From Trypanosoma brucei (lineage: Eukaryota), in the NCBI GenBank assembly GCA_000002445.1, contig CH464491.1:2336001-2400000 (forward strand): a stretch of 64,000 nt of DNA, given 5' to 3'. This document shows, piece after piece, positions 61,472 to 64,000 of the stretch (position 1 is the stretch's first letter; every line of letters starts with the position of its first letter). The notes below the pieces were generated by a model. It was not told the DNA's origin. It did not search any database and worked only from the letters and a program-made list of their open reading frames with translations. A program made the position numbers and the translations under genes.

Positions 61472-63136
61472 ATGTCTACGGGAAAGATAATTGGTGATCA
61501 CAGATACTTGATTGAGGGCCTTATTGCAAAGGGAACCTTTAGTAATGTACATCGCTGCGTGGACTTGACAACAGACAAGGTCTACGCGGTAAAGGTTATA
61601 AGTAAATCGGTAATTGAATCGCAGAACATGAGTGTGACCGTGGTTAGAGAGGTGAGTGCTATGGAGGCTGCACCTCCTTCGCCATATTTGGTGAGGCTCG
61701 TTGACAAACTTGTTTCGTCTCGTAACTATTATCTTGTTATGAATGTGGTGGAGGGTTGCACACTTCTAGACGTCATTGAAAAAAAATATCGACCCAGACC
61801 GCCACTGCGGTGGGTACGATCTATATTTCGACAGTTGCTAAATGGCCTCTACACACTTCATGGGGCAAATGTAGTACATCGTGACATTAAGCCGGAAAAC
61901 TTGCTGCTGAATAGGAGTTACACCCGACTTGTTATATCGGATTTCGGTTTTGCCTGCTGTGCCCCACCCGGCCGATCGCTTCACCATTCGTGCGGCACGA
62001 TGAATTACTGTGCCCCTGAGTTATTAGTACCCAAACCGGCTTACGATGGCCGAAAGGTTGACGTGTGGGCTGCGGGGGTCACACTGTATGTTATGATCTT
62101 CGGCGTTCACCCTTTTCAGGCTCGTAAAGAAGGTTGTGCGGATAGCCTTGCTGAGGTAATCACCTCCGGTGCGTACACTCTTCCGCACAGTCTTCAACCT
62201 GAACTCGAGCACCTTCTTTCAGTTATGCTCGAGCCAGACCCTGCGTTGCGATGGTCTGTCAGGAAGCTGCTGAGACATGTATGGGTGCTGGGCGGTATGG
62301 TGGGCGGAGTCACGGGCCGATCATCGTTGAGGCTCACCACACCCACCCCTGGATCCACAGGAGTAGCGAATCGAGATGCAAACACGCCGGAAGACTATGT
62401 CGTGCGTTCTCGGTTCGCCCGGGCACTGCGTGCGGATGATACTGATCCTTCAGCGAGGCAGTTTCGCTCTTGCCCCGATTTGCGCCGCGAAATGAATAAT
62501 TTCCTTGATGCCTGCGATAGTGATGGGGAGGACGCCGAGTGGGATGGTGATTTTAGCAATGGCAACAGCACTCACGATGGTTACACTAAGTTTAGTAGTT
62601 TGAACGTTAGTTTAACCGATATTGAAAGGGGGAGGCAACCTTCGGACCTAGACGGCTTCTCTGAGTCTACTGCTTTCGCAACCAATGGGAGCTACAGCTC
62701 CTTGTTTTCGGCAGACCAACTGTTATTGGACCCAGACGAAACTCCAGATACACCTAAAGGTGATTTTCTGCTTACGGTGAGGGTCATCGTCAACTTTGCA
62801 CTTTTTTGTACCACCCTGGTAATTGTGGCTGCACTTCGGTTTTTGTTTGACGTCCCTGTAAGAGACCTGCCTTTGCCTCCATTTGTCATTAGTATAATGG
62901 AGTATCTGCTGGTGCCACCGCATGAAAGGCTTGCTCAGAGTTTTGAGGTGCGTCGCATGCGTCACCGCTTTCCCTGTGCTGCGCTGAGGCGGCTGGTGGC
63001 CTCTGCGGAGCGCGCCATTCAGCGATCAAGTTGGTGTCGCCGGATTATGCCGGTTCGTGGAGTTGACGAAGGGACGGATGTGCCGCTTGGGACTGGAAGA
63101 CGTGGCATTGTGCTCCGTTGGCTGGAGAAGAACTAG
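61472..63136 (+). CDS. Serine/threonine protein kinase (CAMK/AMPK-related-like catalytic domain) with a long C-terminal extension that contains a hydrophobic transmembrane-like segment
   Basis: Gly-loop IAKGTFSNV, VAIK-like YAVKVISK, catalytic loop HRDIKPENLLL, DFGFA, APE-like GTMNYCAPE, DVWAAGVTLYVM. The C-terminal LLTVRVIVNFALFCTTLVIVAALRFLF is strongly hydrophobic. The track start is TTG 61409; the first ATG is 61472. Confidence 0.85.
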   Translation: MSTGKIIGDHRYLIEGLIAKGTFSNVHRCVDLTTDKVYAVKVISKSVIESQNMSVTVVREVSAMEAAPPSPYLVRLVDKLVSSRNYYLVMNVVEGCTLLDVIEKKYRPRPPLRWVRSIFRQLLNGLYTLHGANVVHRDIKPENLLLNRSYTRLVISDFGFACCAPPGRSLHHSCGTMNYCAPELLVPKPAYDGRKVDVWAAGVTLYVMIFGVHPFQARKEGCADSLAEVITSGAYTLPHSLQPELEHLLSVMLEPDPALRWSVRKLLRHVWVLGGMVGGVTGRSSLRLTTPTPGSTGVANRDANTPEDYVVRSRFARALRADDTDPSARQFRSCPDLRREMNNFLDACDSDGEDAEWDGDFSNGNSTHDGYTKFSSLNVSLTDIERGRQPSDLDGFSESTAFATNGSYSSLFSADQLLLDPDETPDTPKGDFLLTVRVIVNFALFCTTLVIVAALRFLFDVPVRDLPLPPFVISIMEYLLVPPHERLAQSFEVRRMRHRFPCAALRRLVASAERAIQRSSWCRRIMPVRGVDEGTDVPLGTGRRGIVLRWLEKN

Positions 63137-64000
63137 CCGGATTCCAGGTTTCCACTATACGCTTTTTTATCTTATTTGTTCTTGGGCATCGTCCAAAGGT
63201 ATAACGTCCTGGGTCTTCGCCATTTAGCCTTTTCCTTCTGATATATTTGCTATTTTGGCAATTGGAAGCCAAAACTCATTGTGTTCTGACTTGACCACAC
63301 CTTAGCCCTACGGTGAACCTGCAAAACGCAATGCAGTCTGCACGTTCGGGGTGCTTGTATGTGAATATATATCTTTCCGCTCACCGACAGCGCTTTGGGT
63401 CTGCGTGAATAATTGTGGTTCTGCACAGATGCGCTCACTCGATACGTCACTACCCTATGCATTGCCTTTTCCAGTTTCCCCCGTGCTGAAACGCTATAAT
63501 GTTTTTCCAGTTTTGTTTTTGAAAGCTTCGTGTTCCGCCCATGAATCATATATAACGCTGGCTGAGTACAGTTCTACGCGGTGGGAACGGACTCTCCTGG
63601 ATGAGGGTGACTGTGTCATTTTGAGGTGTGAGCCATGTTACGGGGTGCGTAATTAGGTGAAGAATCCGAATCAACGGGCTCCACGGTTCTTCAAAAATTT
63701 CCAGCATGCCGTGCAGCAAAGGTTATGCCTATCACTGACGGGTGCGGTGAGACGGTCTTCAGTGCCTACGGGCAGGTTGGGAAAGAGCCGCTCGTTCTGC
63801 CGGAGCAACCAGGTTCCTGGTGCGCTGTACGGCATATCTCTTTGGCTGAGGTATTGTGGTTCGTGGGAAAGGGAGAATGTCCTGTTGTGTTCTCGTACGC
63901 GGTAGCTGTTGTCGTCAATGTGGCTCCGCGAAACGCCATCTAAGGTTCGAAACTCCGGGTGCTGATTAGCAGGCAGATAGCGAAATGATGTGGGTGGGTG

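Noticed and set aside
63940-63965. Possible tRNA T-loop (ggttcgaaactcc) near the right edge
   Set aside because: There is an extra base relative to the GGTTCGAATCC consensus and no complementary acceptor or anticodon stems in the flanks. The window ends before enough context is visible.
1-64000. Prokaryotic defence island, operon, CRISPR-Cas or phage-like system
   Set aside because: The sequence has long unidirectional arrays of eukaryote-type genes (syntaxin, eIF4A, CEP76-like, GP63), kinetoplastid poly-Y tracts, a LINE with a 2A peptide, and no Shine-Dalgarno-spaced operons. This is a trypanosomatid nuclear locus. The repeated 2.5 kb units are a gene array, not CRISPR repeats.
118-64000. 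ORF-track start coordinates taken at face value
   Set aside because: Many track ORFs begin at TTG/GTG/CTG (for example 1556, 8702, 10853, 12622, 18076, 18940, 29598, 32738, 47803, 52775, 55135, 61409), which are not used as starts here. I moved starts to the first plausible in-frame ATG and flagged the remaining ambiguity.

Overview
This window reads as a nuclear chromosome segment from a kinetoplastid. I think it is an African trypanosome of the Trypanosoma brucei/congolense type, judged from A/T-leaning third codon positions and a family-typical gene set. It is not a prokaryotic locus, and I see no prokaryotic defence system, CRISPR array or operon structure.

Organisation. Every convincing gene is on the + strand, consistent with one polycistronic transcription unit with polypyrimidine (poly-Y) trans-splicing tracts ahead of the coding sequences. 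The one exception is an ingi/L1Tc-type non-LTR retrotransposon inserted antisense at about 39.1-43.05 kb.

Main contents.
- At least three near-identical full copies, plus one copy truncated by a gap, of a Y-family DNA polymerase kappa (DinB) gene in a head-to-tail tandem array with a ~2.52 kb unit. The copies differ by discrete mosaic cassettes. A strongly diverged polymerase-kappa-like paralog follows the array.
- Further downstream on the + strand: a GP63/leishmanolysin metalloprotease, an AAA ATPase, a TMEM256/DUF423 protein, an eIF4A-family DEAD-box helicase, a syntaxin, a CHAP-domain membrane protein, a glycerophosphodiester phosphodiesterase, a CEP76-like protein, a second DEAD-box helicase with a mitochondrial-looking presequence, Sua5/YrdC, RNA polymerase I/III subunit AC19, a DPCD homolog, a CAMK-like protein kinase, and several hypothetical or coiled-coil proteins.
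- The retroelement carries a 2A self-cleaving motif (DVEENPGP) at the start of its endonuclease-RT-zinc-finger ORF. That ORF is broken by one in-frame TAG and by a 100-N assembly gap. A second, inverted copy of the element's 5' end (RIME-like) lies 1.27 kb away, head-to-head with the first.

Caveats.
- The supplied ORF track uses non-ATG starts (TTG/GTG/CTG), so I moved coding starts to the first plausible in-frame ATG.
- Product assignments come from motif recognition by eye, not from database searches.
- Species attribution is an inference.
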